From Spirochaetota bacterium (GTDB lineage Bacteria; Spirochaetota; UBA4802; UBA5550), in the NCBI GenBank assembly GCA_022709405.1, contig JAKLIV010000004.1, positions 6,652-70,651 of the forward strand: 64,000 nucleotides of DNA, written 5' to 3'. The translations under genes and the position numbers were made by a program. Each line of letters opens with the position of its first letter. The stretch's first letter is position 1. Under the pieces are notes generated by a model. The model searched no databases. It was not told the DNA's origin and worked only from the letters and a program-made list of their open reading frames with translations. Below are positions 54,105-63,886 of this stretch, piece after piece.

Positions 54105-55545
54105 GCCGGCTGAAGCTGTTTTTCCCGCAGAGCATCATGCACGCCAGCGGTGCGGCATTTCTCGCCAGCGCGTTCATTTCGGCCGCCGTCTCCCTGATGT
54201 CCCACTGAGCGTGCTCGTCCTCCCTGAGCGAGACCAGGTGATAAAGCTCTCTCGCGTTCAGCTTGAGGACCACCCTCCTCCGGTGCGCGTTCGTGAGAAT
54301 ATAATTCTTTAAATCCGGATACGCTTCTTTTATTCTGGCATAAGTTTCGGCCGATCTGTCCATGGCCTCGCGAAACGGAACTTCCATGTTTACTTCGGTT
54401 ATCGACGGCGGCACCGTAAATCCCAGCGCGGGATCGTAATCCTGAACGATCTGCGTGCTCATCCGGTGCCTCTTCAGCTGTGCGTAATTGCTCGCGCTGA
54501 CCGTCAGCTCATAGGTGAAATCGATCGTTTCGAACGTGCGGTCGACGCTGTTGAAAAACTCCCGTTTCGAAAGAGCCGTCTTGATGATTCGTCTCTTTTC
54601 GCCGTCGTTCATGTTCATCACCGCATCGAGGCATTCCCTGTAGGATTGCCCTGAATACTGGAACACTACAGCCGCGCAGATAACCGCATCCGCATCCGGG
54701 GTGCACGATATCAGCGACACGCTATCGTTTCCGGCATGGCCGTCTCCGGCAGCCGCGAGGTTCAGCTCTCCCGACATTTCGCGGATATCGTCCCTGCGCA
54801 TCGTGTCATAAGCATTAGGCTCTGTAAACTGTATTATCGATGGAGTGAAATTCCCCACTATGCTGAATATGCCGTCCGCCAGCTCGCGCACCTCGGGCAG
54901 CCTGCTCGACCTGAATCGCCGCAGCATGTTTTCCAGAGTGCGGGCGTTTGCCGTCATCCCCATCTGCGACAGGGTCGCCAGGGAAACGACATACCGCGCG
55001 TCCTCCTTTGCCCATCCGTCCACGGTCCTCTCGCCGAGCGGCGTCTTCACCGTTTCGGCGTGCTTGACGAACAGGTGCTTCTTGAGCGCTTCATAGAGCG
55101 CGGAGTACGTTTTATTCTGGAATGCGACCGTTTCGCGGAATTCCCGTTCGATGGGCTCGCCCCTGAATTCTTCGGGCGTGAAATAATCCCCTTCGAGTGT
55201 TATATAGCGCTGCGATTTTTCGGTATAAGAGGCGAGCCTGGCGCGCTGCACCTCCTCCACCGCGAGGCGAGAGAGCCCGATTATATCGAGGTTAAAAACA
55301 GCATGCTCCGCGACCGAATGGTGGCCGAACCCGAATATGATGCGCTCGTTGGATTTTCTCGCGCCGTCGACTTCGGCGCTCGCCACCTGGCGCAGGACCG
55401 ATACGTCGCGCGGATCGCGTGAAATCCTCGCATATGACGCGCTGAGCGTTTCCGGTGTCACGTTGTCGCGGTCCCAGTCCGCCTTTTCCTTGAGTGTTTC
55501 TATGATGTCGGCGTCGACATTGTACCCGGCGAGCAAGACTTTCAT
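54082..55545 (-). CDS. thyX: FAD-dependent thymidylate synthase, tandem-domain ThyX-like (487 aa)
   Basis: First half: …[40 protein letters not shown]…, ThyX-motif-like with RAR in place of RHR. Second half: …[15 protein letters not shown]…. Confidence 0.7.
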   Translation of the reverse strand: MKVLLAGYNVDADIIETLKEKADWDRDNVTPETLSASYARISRDPRDVSVLRQVASAEVDGARKSNERIIFGFGHHSVAEHAVFNLDIIGLSRLAVEEVQRARLASYTEKSQRYITLEGDYFTPEEFRGEPIEREFRETVAFQNKTYSALYEALKKHLFVKHAETVKTPLGERTVDGWAKEDARYVVSLATLSQMGMTANARTLENMLRRFRSSRLPEVRELADGIFSIVGNFTPSIIQFTEPNAYDTMRRDDIREMSGELNLAAAGDGHAGNDSVSLISCTPDADAVICAAVVFQYSGQSYRECLDAVMNMNDGEKRRIIKTALSKREFFNSVDRTFETIDFTYELTVSASNYAQLKRHRMSTQIVQDYDPALGFTVPPSITEVNMEVPFREAMDRSAETYARIKEAYPDLKNYILTNAHRRRVVLKLNARELYHLVSLREDEHAQWDIRETAAEMNALARNAAPLACMMLCGKNSFSRLRDEVFG

Positions 55546-57860
55546 ATGGCTCTTTTTTCCTCTTCAATTTTAGCGATCGTCGCGACCGTGCTGTTGTTGA
55601 TGGCGTCGGCGTTGGCGGAAATTTCCTCGATGCTTGCGGTCAGCTCCTCGGATGAGGCGGCTATTTTCTCGATCTCGCTCGAAGCGGTATCGGCGGAGTT
55701 GAAGACCTGCTCGGGCATCTTCGTTATCTCCCTCTGTATGGTCTCGAGCGCCTGAAGGACATTGCCGTTTATTTTTTTCAGGAGTTCGACCGTCGCCTTG
55801 TTTTTGTGGTACATCTCGTCGATCCCGGAACGCACCGATGCGTTGATGATGTTGATCTCCTTGACGCCGCTCTGCGATTTTTCGGCGAGCTTGCTCACCT
55901 CCTCTGCGACGACGGCGAATCCCTTGCCGTGCTCGCCCGCCCTTGCCGCTTCGATGCTCGCGTTCAGGCTCAAAAGGTTTATCTGGTCCGTTATATCGTT
56001 GAGCATGACCTGTGAATCAGAAATCTTTTCGGTCTCCAGCGTCATCCTTTTCGTTATCTCGTTGTTGATTTCGACTGCGCGGTATATCTCGGCGAACGAG
56101 CTGTTAACCTCGTCATTGAGCTTCTTGAGAAATCCCGCCGTCTGGATGTTCATCTCGCGCACCTGTTCGACCAGGTTGTGTATGATCACCTGGAGCTTCT
56201 CCTGCGCCTCCACGTTCGACTGGTTGGATTTCGAGAACTCGTCCAGCCCGGTGAGTATTTCCTCGGTAGAAACGGTGGTCTGCTTGATCTCCTCGATCAG
56301 CCTGTTGAAAATTTCCTGCGTCTTGGCGGCCCTGTCCACTGCGTACCCCCGCTCCTGATTCAGGCCTTTCAGGATGAAGTTTTCCCTGTCGCGGTAGTCG
56401 ACGATGTCCTCGCTCTTCAGTATCCCCACCCTCCGGATCAGGCCGCGATACAGATCCCTCGACAGTCCCAGGGCCATGCCTGCTGTAAAAAAGGCGAATA
56501 CGGCATTCTGAAGAAATCCGAGCCCCCCAGGTATCCAGAAAGAGGCTGCCGCCCCGATAATACACATCGGCAGTATATACCTGCGTCCGAAACGCCTGTA
56601 GCGCACCGCCTTGCGCAGCTCTTCCGTGTAATGCTTTTTGAGCATTTTTTTCAATTCCCGGAATTCCATCCGTAATGGATCTTTTCCCTGTTCGGCGATG
56701 ATCCGATTTCGCAGGTCCCTTGCAACCGAAACCTTGAATTTTTGCCACGGCATTATCATGTCATAATAAATGATAAAGCGGTTTTTGGGGGAATTCCATG
56801 CAACGATCTCCCGAATCCTGCTGTCGGCTGCCGCTTTTTTCTCGTCGAGACCGTAAATCACGCAGCCGGTTTCATCGAACGCAAAAAGCGCTTTTTCGGC
56901 AAAGTGGACCTTCTTCCCGAACGAATCGACCATTCTGGGGCCGCCCGGATCATTCACGTCGAAGAAAAATCCTTCGGAATCCATCCTGTATGACCTGCCA
57001 TCATGAAAGCGCCCCATCTGGTCCGGCAGCAGCGGGAGCTCCTTGTTTTCGACGCCCGAATTGAGATACAGACCCTTGAAATGGACGATGCCGAGAGTGT
57101 TCAGGGAATGAGATATTATTGAAAAATAGTCCGAGATTCCGGTGCGGTAAGCGGTCTCTTCCATCGGCTTGTATGCCTGTCCTTTGACGGTCAGTGTCTC
57201 AGGGCGGTTCAATTGCGGATGGAGACGCTTCGGAGTTTTTTCGTAGGAGAACTCGATCTCGAGGCGCTTTTTTTTCTGCCAGAAATACGACAGGGTTTTC
57301 GATGTACTTTTGGAAAGGGTGCTGTACTTTGACGAAACCTTCCCGACCAGCTTGCCCATCAGATGGAAGGGAATGATGAGAAACTGGAATGAGCCCTTTC
57401 TGTCATAGGTGAGCTGGAACGACGAGGTCCTCAGCGCGATGATCTCGCAGGCTTTTTTGACGAAATCGAAATCCAGGTTCTCGAAGCATGAAAGCACGTA
57501 ATACTGGATTGAATAATAGAATTCCTCGCCGCATTTGTCAAAGGGATGCTTCGCGATGTAATCGAGGTCCTCTTTAGTCAAGCCGATTTTACCGACGATC
57601 TCTTCATACATCTCATCGGTCTTGTCATTTTTCATGTATTGCAGATAATTTGAAATGTAACTCAGGGCCAGCCCGATGATTTTTTTGTCCTGGCGGTGCC
57701 TGTTCAGGTAAAGCTCCTTCTTGTACCCGCCCTTCCTTTCAACGGACTTTCTCAGGTAGTCGGCAAGCTTCGTATACTCGTTGATCGTGATAGTTTCCGC
57801 GATGTCCGTTGAGATGCCGCTCGCAGCTTTCCTGGCCATAGAATTGTCATTGGGGCCCAT
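55542..57860 (-). CDS. Methyl-accepting chemotaxis protein with a large N-terminal domain of unknown type
   Basis: The C-terminal …[31 protein letters not shown]… is the MCP signalling hairpin. A TM pair lies around …[38 protein letters not shown]…. I placed the start at the first ATG (57860) after GGTGGA. The ORF track uses TTG 57902. Confidence 0.8.
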   Translation of the reverse strand: MGPNDNSMARKAASGISTDIAETITINEYTKLADYLRKSVERKGGYKKELYLNRHRQDKKIIGLALSYISNYLQYMKNDKTDEMYEEIVGKIGLTKEDLDYIAKHPFDKCGEEFYYSIQYYVLSCFENLDFDFVKKACEIIALRTSSFQLTYDRKGSFQFLIIPFHLMGKLVGKVSSKYSTLSKSTSKTLSYFWQKKKRLEIEFSYEKTPKRLHPQLNRPETLTVKGQAYKPMEETAYRTGISDYFSIISHSLNTLGIVHFKGLYLNSGVENKELPLLPDQMGRFHDGRSYRMDSEGFFFDVNDPGGPRMVDSFGKKVHFAEKALFAFDETGCVIYGLDEKKAAADSRIREIVAWNSPKNRFIIYYDMIMPWQKFKVSVARDLRNRIIAEQGKDPLRMEFRELKKMLKKHYTEELRKAVRYRRFGRRYILPMCIIGAAASFWIPGGLGFLQNAVFAFFTAGMALGLSRDLYRGLIRRVGILKSEDIVDYRDRENFILKGLNQERGYAVDRAAKTQEIFNRLIEEIKQTTVSTEEILTGLDEFSKSNQSNVEAQEKLQVIIHNLVEQVREMNIQTAGFLKKLNDEVNSSFAEIYRAVEINNEITKRMTLETEKISDSQVMLNDITDQINLLSLNASIEAARAGEHGKGFAVVAEEVSKLAEKSQSGVKEINIINASVRSGIDEMYHKNKATVELLKKINGNVLQALETIQREITKMPEQVFNSADTASSEIEKIAASSEELTASIEEISANADAINNSTVATIAKIEEEKRAI

Positions 57861-57919
57861 GTTGTCCACCTGTCCCTGTTTTGTCGAGTTGATTGTCTGC
57901 AATAACCGAAATACGCTAT

Positions 57920-57947
57920 ATTATATTGCAGCGTATTTTTTTATCAA
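57920..57947 (-). promoter_or_regulatory. Sigma70-type promoter for the MCP-thyX unit
   Basis: On the minus strand: TTGATA (57947-57942), 16-bp spacer, TATAAT (57925-57920). Confidence 0.45.
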
Positions 57948-58083
57948 GCCTTTATTGATTACGCGAGATGCCGGCATATGCGATTTTTTATCAGATAATC
58001 GACATCGCCTCAATTTTTCAGATAGACAAGCGTGTAATAGAGAATGTTTTCTCGGTCATACTCACCGATTTTTTCGATCGGAT

Positions 58084-59040
58084 TTAAACTAACGGGCGGG
58101 GAAGTAGACCGCATTTATCGATAATTTCCGGAACCCTGTGTTCCCACTCGACGGCCATGACATGTATTCCGCTTATTCCGTCAGTCTCCCTCAGCTCGCT
58201 TATGATATCACAGCATATTTTAATTCCCTCGTCGCCCGCCTTGCCGCCGGGAGCTGAAGCAAGACAGCGAAAAAACGATTCCGGAATGACGATACCGGGA
58301 ACATTTTGCTGCATATAACGCGCCATCGCAAGGGATTTCAACGGCATGACACCGCCGATAATGAAGCATTTTTCATGAATTCCCAGATCCCTTACCCTGC
58401 GCATGTATTCCCTGAAAGCCTTGACATCATATATGCACTGGGTCTGGATGAACTGGGCTCCTGCATCGATTTTTTTTCTCAGCCGGTAAGGACGGTATTC
58501 AACCGGGTCCGAAAAAGGCGCATCGGCGGCCCCGATAAACAAATCCGGCGCTCCGTCGATTTTTTCGCCGGTATCGGGGAAAACACCCTCATCGCGCATC
58601 GTCCGCAGAATCGAAACAAGCTGTATCGAATCGATGTCATACACCCCTTTACAAAATGGATGGTTTCCGAACATCTGATGATCTCCGCTCAAGCAGAGTA
58701 CGTTTTTTATACCGAGTGCGGCGGCCCCGAGGATGTCGCTCTGCGCGGCGATCCTGTTCCTGTCGCGGGTCACCATCTGCATCACCGGCTCTATTCCCAT
58801 GCGCACGAGCAGCGCAGCCGTGGCGATGCTTGACATGCGGACGATCGCCGTCTGATTATCGGTGACGTTTACCGCATCGACGAACCCGGCAAGGTACGAG
58901 GCTTTTTTCTCGACAATAAGCGGATTATTCCCCTTCGGAGGTCCGAGTTCGGCGGTCACCACAAAGTCCCCGGATCGGCATAATCTCTGCAGTTTTCCGC
59001 TGTTTTCCCCGGCTGTAGAATGTTTCATGTATTCTTTCAT
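58084..59040 (-). CDS. metF: Methylenetetrahydrofolate reductase
   Basis: …FVVTAELGPPKG…VNVTDNQTAIVRMSS…GIKNVLCLSGDH…FIGAADAPF…AGAQFIQTQ… are MTHFR family signatures. Confidence 0.85.
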   Translation of the reverse strand: MKEYMKHSTAGENSGKLQRLCRSGDFVVTAELGPPKGNNPLIVEKKASYLAGFVDAVNVTDNQTAIVRMSSIATAALLVRMGIEPVMQMVTRDRNRIAAQSDILGAAALGIKNVLCLSGDHQMFGNHPFCKGVYDIDSIQLVSILRTMRDEGVFPDTGEKIDGAPDLFIGAADAPFSDPVEYRPYRLRKKIDAGAQFIQTQCIYDVKAFREYMRRVRDLGIHEKCFIIGGVMPLKSLAMARYMQQNVPGIVIPESFFRCLASAPGGKAGDEGIKICCDIISELRETDGISGIHVMAVEWEHRVPEIIDKCGLLPRPLV

Positions 59041-59058
59041 CCGATATTGATCCGCCGA

Positions 59059-59721
59059 TCACTGCTTTTTAAATCCTTTCTGGATCAAGATTCCGGGATT
59101 CTGGTTTTTCCATTGCATGGGCCTGCGTATGGCGTACATGTTTTCAATGCGGTTCTGTTTTTTCAGCCGTTCATAAATCTGGCACCATGCGCACGGGATA
59201 TCCGGATCGACTTCGCATCTGCCGTTTGTGGAGCCCCCGCACGGTCCGTTAAAGATGCCCTTTGCGCATCTTGTAACCGGGCAGATGCCTCCGGTATAAC
59301 CGAGCTGGCAATCGCCGCAGGATCTGCAGTTCTCCTCATACAGGCCGGTTTCCCTGCTGATTCCGACGAATATGGTGTCGAGCGCCGGGAATACCGGTAT
59401 GTCATCGAATTTTTCGGCGAGGAGCTGTGTTCCCGCACCGCAACCCATGGAAACAATGGCGTCGATATTTCTCATGCGCTCCACAAGCTCGAAAATAAAA
59501 ATCGGTTCGCATTGCCTTTCAACGGTATACCCCTTCAGTGCAGCTTCAGTTCCATGTTTCTTCATGTAAAGTGAAAGCTCTTCTTTAAATCGAACGACCT
59601 CCTGATGACCCCCCGCAAGACATACGGCGGTGCATCCGGCGCACCCGACGATCATTATTTTTTGATACGAAGAGGTCAGAGAATAAATATCTTCAAGTTT
59701 TTTTTCCCTGGCTATGATCAT
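59059..59721 (-). CDS. metV: MTHFR-associated Cys-rich subunit (MetV, MTHFR_C domain)
   Basis: …CRSCGDCQLGYTGGICPVTRCAKGIFNGPCGGSTNGRCEVDPDIPCAWCQIYERL… is the MetV signature. ATG 59721 overlaps the cytochrome stop (ATGA). Confidence 0.75.
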   Translation of the reverse strand: MIIAREKKLEDIYSLTSSYQKIMIVGCAGCTAVCLAGGHQEVVRFKEELSLYMKKHGTEAALKGYTVERQCEPIFIFELVERMRNIDAIVSMGCGAGTQLLAEKFDDIPVFPALDTIFVGISRETGLYEENCRSCGDCQLGYTGGICPVTRCAKGIFNGPCGGSTNGRCEVDPDIPCAWCQIYERLKKQNRIENMYAIRRPMQWKNQNPGILIQKGFKKQ

Positions 59722-60137
59722 TTTGTCGCTCCTCTTCTGGGATGGCATCCGGCGCAGAGCCGCGGGCCGGCACTCTTCTCCATCTTTTCATGGCAGCCGA
59801 TACATTGAAGATGATAGGCCTCGGTCAGATTGTATTTTGAATTGCCTGAAAACCCATGGCACGAGGGACACCGGATTGCGTGATTATTTGCAGCCAGATC
59901 ATCGGTATCAAGCGTGTTCCTGCCGTTCTCATAGCGATGGTGGCATTTCATGCAATCATCGACCGCGACCATGTGCTTCTGATGAGGGAAATTCACTCCT
60001 GAACGCTGTTTCGCCGCATAAAACGACCGGTTGTCGATAAACAGATGTTCTTCCTGCGCCGATAAATTTGTAATTATAAAGCCGATGAGTACGATAACAG
60101 CAGATGCCATAAACTTTTTTTTATCCATCAGCATCAT
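59718..60137 (-). CDS. Periplasmic tetrahaem cytochrome c3-type protein
   Basis: It has a signal peptide plus four CxxCH sites (CMKCH, CPSCH, CIGCH, CAGCH) with interspersed His residues. Confidence 0.85.
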   Translation of the reverse strand: MMLMDKKKFMASAVIVLIGFIITNLSAQEEHLFIDNRSFYAAKQRSGVNFPHQKHMVAVDDCMKCHHRYENGRNTLDTDDLAANNHAIRCPSCHGFSGNSKYNLTEAYHLQCIGCHEKMEKSAGPRLCAGCHPRRGATK

Positions 60138-60529
60138 GCCCCCATCGGACTGTCGGCGTAATTTTCACATACACCCTGCGACCTGCAAATCGCTCTTGCC
60201 CAGGCTATAATGGAAGGGATACTGACGCCTATCGGGCACCGGCACTGGCCGCACAGGACACATTTCCCCCATATCAGTGACTTCATTCGATCGAGATCTT
60301 TTGGGGATATTTTTCCCTTTTTTCTGAAAAGCAGTCCCATGGAATTCAGCGCTTTAAATGAAGGCGTCGATTCAGGGTCCTTTGTTTTTTTATAGTAAAA
60401 GCAGGTTCCTGAGCAGAGGCCGCAGGAAACGCAGTTGGACAGCAGAAGTTTTATCTCGATTTTTTCATCCAGCATTCTGTTTATCGCATCCGCGTCAATC
60501 GATATGCGATTTCCCATTACGTCATTCAT
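60134..60529 (-). CDS. 2x[4Fe-4S] ferredoxin-like protein (HdrC / DsrK-N-terminal-like, no CCG domain)
   Basis: Cluster motifs CVSCGLCSGTC and CVLCGQCRCP. GGAAGGAAA lies before ATG 60529. It overlaps both neighbours. Confidence 0.65.
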   Translation of the reverse strand: MNDVMGNRISIDADAINRMLDEKIEIKLLLSNCVSCGLCSGTCFYYKKTKDPESTPSFKALNSMGLLFRKKGKISPKDLDRMKSLIWGKCVLCGQCRCPIGVSIPSIIAWARAICRSQGVCENYADSPMGA

Positions 60530-61253
60530 TGAGTTTCCTTCCCCATTCTCGTGCGTTTCCTGATAAAGAGTGAGTTCCCCGGATGAATAATCGGGAAAAC
60601 ATAAAAAGGATTGCATGCCCCATTCTGGACCAACCGAGCATGACGACAAGAATCTGCGCGCATAGAATGTGCAGAACGATCATTATTTCATATTCCCCCC
60701 TCTGGAAGTAGCACATGAGTCCGGTAACGAAGGGAAGAGATACCGTAATCAAGAGCCCTATTTCTCTCCAGCCGGTTATCGCGCGGACACTGTCGAGCAT
60801 GAACCTTCTGGCAAGCATGATGACAATCATGCCCAGAACGATTAATGTCATAAGGATTATCAACCTATCGTTCAGCCATACAAAGCGGATTCCGAAATAC
60901 TGAAAAACCAATATCGCATGCGCCTGTATAAAAAATGGGACCAGTATCATAAGCAGATGGAAGATGACCGTCACCGCCATTATTGACGGATTTTTATAAA
61001 ACAGCGAATTCTTGAATCTCAGATATAATCGCTCGGTAATGGTGAATTGACGGGAAGCCCAGGCCGTAGATTCCGGACTCCAGCGTATTCTTGTAGAATT
61101 GTTTTCGCCATCCCGATGAGACAGAGCGTATCTCGACGATCGTATCATTCTTAAGCCTTTAAGGATCACGCCTGATCCGGCAATCACGAGCGAAGCGATC
61201 ATCATATATTTGACCAGAAAATCATATACTGAAATAATCGTTATGAAGGTCAT
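60522..61253 (-). CDS. Five-helix integral membrane protein, NarI/DsrM-like (putative dihaem cytochrome b)
   Basis: About five TM helices with His residues inside them (…VIFHLLMILVPFFIQAHAILV…, …VLHILCAQ…, …MGHAILF…). Family assignment is by topology and context only. Confidence 0.45.
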   Translation of the reverse strand: MTFITIISVYDFLVKYMMIASLVIAGSGVILKGLRMIRSSRYALSHRDGENNSTRIRWSPESTAWASRQFTITERLYLRFKNSLFYKNPSIMAVTVIFHLLMILVPFFIQAHAILVFQYFGIRFVWLNDRLIILMTLIVLGMIVIMLARRFMLDSVRAITGWREIGLLITVSLPFVTGLMCYFQRGEYEIMIVLHILCAQILVVMLGWSRMGHAILFMFSRLFIRGTHSLSGNAREWGRKLNE

Positions 61254-61255
61254 AT

Positions 61256-61381
61256 CCGGAAGAATTACGGGTCATCCTTTTAACATTGATTTGTTTGAGG
61301 ACAATGAAAAACGATGTAATTGTCAAGACTATTATTCAAATGGATGAGATATGAACCGGGGGTTATTAATAATTCTTCCGG
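61256..61381 (-). promoter_or_regulatory. 12-bp perfect inverted repeat enclosing the leader of the NarI-like/metFV operon
   Basis: CCGGAAGAATTA (61256-61267) and TAATTCTTCCGG (61370-61381) are 102 nt apart. The proximal arm ends 2 nt before the start codon at 61253. Confidence 0.35.
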
Positions 61382-61500
61382 TCAATCTTTACCGGAAATT
61401 ATGGGATTAAGCGATTAGTGCAAAATCCCATCTATTCCTCGATATTATTGATTGTTAAACGTTTTGTCTGCGGCGAAAAAGCATACAAACAAACAAGGCA

Positions 61501-61671
61501 TTATCTACTGCCCATATGGAGCTTTCTTTCCTGTCTTTTAAGCTCTGATAATTCAGCCAGCAGGTTTCTCAATGTGGAATGCATTCCTTTTTCTTTTGCT
61601 TCCTGGGCTTCTTTCTGTTTCTTTTTAATTTTCACTTCAATCTCGGCGAGATTTTCGTTTTTTGGATTCAT
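61501..61671 (-). CDS. Small K/E-rich coiled-coil protein (56 aa)
   Basis: GGAGG lies 6 nt before ATG 61671. Translation is MNPKNENLAEIEVKIKKKQKEAQEAKEKGMHSTLRNLLAELSELKRQERKLHMGSR. Confidence 0.4.
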   Translation of the reverse strand: MNPKNENLAEIEVKIKKKQKEAQEAKEKGMHSTLRNLLAELSELKRQERKLHMGSR

Positions 61672-61947
61672 CATGAACCTCCAAATTTTTGAAATCATTA
61701 ATTATACATAATAATTTAAAAAACGACAAGCATTTTTTCAATTTTCGTCTCGCTTTTGGGATATTATTATACAAAAATTCAACTAAACCATGAGGATTGG
61801 GGATGATTATAAAAATCCCCGCTGGATGTGCCTGCTGAACAGGATGTTCGAATGGCATTTTTTTCAAGCCATCCCAACTTAACTTGCAGGATTGCATCCT
61901 GCAAGCTCTCGAAGCCGTACAGTATGTGCATAAGGCTTCGACCACAT

Positions 61948-61981
61948 GGGAACATCTATAATGTAATTTATAGATGTTCCC
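61948..61981. terminator. 13-bp-stem hairpin abutting the TRAP permease stop codon
   Basis: GGGAACATCTATA (61948-61960) pairs with TATAGATGTTCCC (61969-61981). The T-rich run is on the + side only. Confidence 0.4.
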
Positions 61982-63877
61982 TTATTTCAATATTTCGAGC
62001 AGACCGGTTGAGAACCAGGGAACATAGGTGATTATTATTACGGATATGACCAGAACGAGCAAAAAGGGAAGAGTATATCTGTATATCGTCGATAAACTTT
62101 CCTCGAACCGGTAGGATGCGAGAAACAAATTCAAACCGACTGGCGGAGTCAAATAACCCAGTTCGAGGTTTGCCAGGAAAATAATCCCCAGGTGGACCGG
62201 ATGAATCCCGAAAACCTCTCCCAGGGGGATTATCAGGGGAACGACAACCATAATAGCAGAAAAAATATCCATGAGACACCCTGTCACCAGGAGCGCCAGG
62301 TTCAGGAGCAGCAGAAATAACACCCGCGAATGTATATGGTCCTTTACCCACATGCTGAGGTTCATTGGAATTTCAGCGTCGACAATGTAATAGGACAGGC
62401 CCCTCGAGAGTGCCAGTATCACCAGAACCCCGCCGATGATCGGCATGCACTTCAGCATGAGATCCGGTATTTTTTTGACGGTGATATCCCGGTGAACGAT
62501 CATCGTGATTATCAGGGAATACAAAACCGCAACTCCACCCGTCTCGACGATTGTGGTGAAACCCCCGAAATAGCCGAGAAAGATTATGAAAGGAAGCAGC
62601 AGCTCCCAGATCGATTCACGGATCGAGAACAGTGCGTCCCTCGGATTGAAGGGGATTCTTTCAACCTTTTTGTTGACTGCGGTAAATATGCCATATGCCG
62701 AGAGTACCACCACCATGATGCACCCGGGTATGAGGCCGCCGAGGAACATGTCCTTGATGCTGATCTGCGCAACAACGCCGTAGAGGATGACCGGCAGGCT
62801 CGGAGGAAACAAGAGGCCAATGCTTCCCGATGCGGTCAATAATCCCGTGCTGAAGCTTTTTGAATACTTGACGCTCTCGACGAGTATGTACGATAAAAGC
62901 CCGCCCAGTGCAAGTATCGTTACGCCGGAAGCCCCGGTAAAAGTCGTGAAAAACGTGCACACGAGTATCGCCATTATCGCCATGCCGCCCGGAAGCCATC
63001 CGAACCATGCCTTGAAAAGGTTCACCAGTCGTTCGCCCGCCTTGCTTTCCGAGAGTATGAATCCGGCGAGGGTAAAAAGCGGGATGGCCGGAATCGAGTG
63101 GCTGATGAGCATTACATAGGCCTCATTGGGTATCACTTCAAGGGACCCGCCGGATCTCGCAAAAAGATAATAGGCTATGCCTCCCAGTGTTATGAAAATC
63201 GGCATGCCGAAAAATGCCGCAATTATAATAAGAACGACGACAGGCGCGGCAATATGCGGAAGGAAAGAACCGATTGCGATGGCTGCGCTGTCGAAAAACT
63301 GCGGAATCCGGCAATCAAACGCCATGATAAGATTGATGATTGACTGAATCGAGAAGACGGTTCCCACTAAAATACCGGTCGCGGATACATATTGTATCGC
63401 TTTTTCCTCGATCCTGGTTATAAACCTTATTGCTATAATGAGATAGCCAATCGGCATTATTATCGTGATCAGGCGTATCGGAAAGATCCCGACATTGATC
63501 TCAGGATCAAAGCCCATAAAAACCATGGAGAGGGTACACCATGCGATGCTGACCATCGTGCTTGAAGCGATGAAGGCCGTAACCGCGCTTGCGATATTTT
63601 TGGGAATGCCTCTTAGAGAGTCGATGCCGATCGAGACCGAGAGGTGCTTTCCTTCACGGGACGTGATCATGCCGCCGACGAAGGTGATCCAGAGCACGAT
63701 ATGCTGAATATACTCGGTGGATGAAGGCACTCCGGTCCTGAAAAAGGAACGCGCGATGATTTCCATCACGGGAAACAGCGCGAGAAGGAAGAGGAGAACG
63801 AACGAAAAGTAATTTTCCAGACGATGAAAAGCATTTCTACAAAAACCGGGTATCTTTGACATCTCTATCTTTATCAT
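61982..63877 (-). CDS. TRAP transporter fused small/large permease (DctQ-DctM fusion)
   Basis: The N-terminal ~170 aa is DctQ-like with four TM helices (…FPVMEIIARSFFRTGVPSSTEYIQHIVLWITFVGG…). A DctM-like 12-TM body follows. Confidence 0.8.
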   Translation of the reverse strand: MIKIEMSKIPGFCRNAFHRLENYFSFVLLFLLALFPVMEIIARSFFRTGVPSSTEYIQHIVLWITFVGGMITSREGKHLSVSIGIDSLRGIPKNIASAVTAFIASSTMVSIAWCTLSMVFMGFDPEINVGIFPIRLITIIMPIGYLIIAIRFITRIEEKAIQYVSATGILVGTVFSIQSIINLIMAFDCRIPQFFDSAAIAIGSFLPHIAAPVVVLIIIAAFFGMPIFITLGGIAYYLFARSGGSLEVIPNEAYVMLISHSIPAIPLFTLAGFILSESKAGERLVNLFKAWFGWLPGGMAIMAILVCTFFTTFTGASGVTILALGGLLSYILVESVKYSKSFSTGLLTASGSIGLLFPPSLPVILYGVVAQISIKDMFLGGLIPGCIMVVVLSAYGIFTAVNKKVERIPFNPRDALFSIRESIWELLLPFIIFLGYFGGFTTIVETGGVAVLYSLIITMIVHRDITVKKIPDLMLKCMPIIGGVLVILALSRGLSYYIVDAEIPMNLSMWVKDHIHSRVLFLLLLNLALLVTGCLMDIFSAIMVVVPLIIPLGEVFGIHPVHLGIIFLANLELGYLTPPVGLNLFLASYRFEESLSTIYRYTLPFLLVLVISVIIITYVPWFSTGLLEILK

Positions 63878-63886
63878 TTCTTTAAT

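Noticed and set aside
57909-57938. Hairpin AAATACGCT/AGCGTATTT with a T7 run, first read as the terminator of the metF operon
   Set aside because: The same bases form a good minus-strand promoter (TTGATA-16-TATAAT) for the MCP gene. The T-run is on the + side, where nothing is transcribed toward it. Terminator function is therefore ambiguous and was not called.
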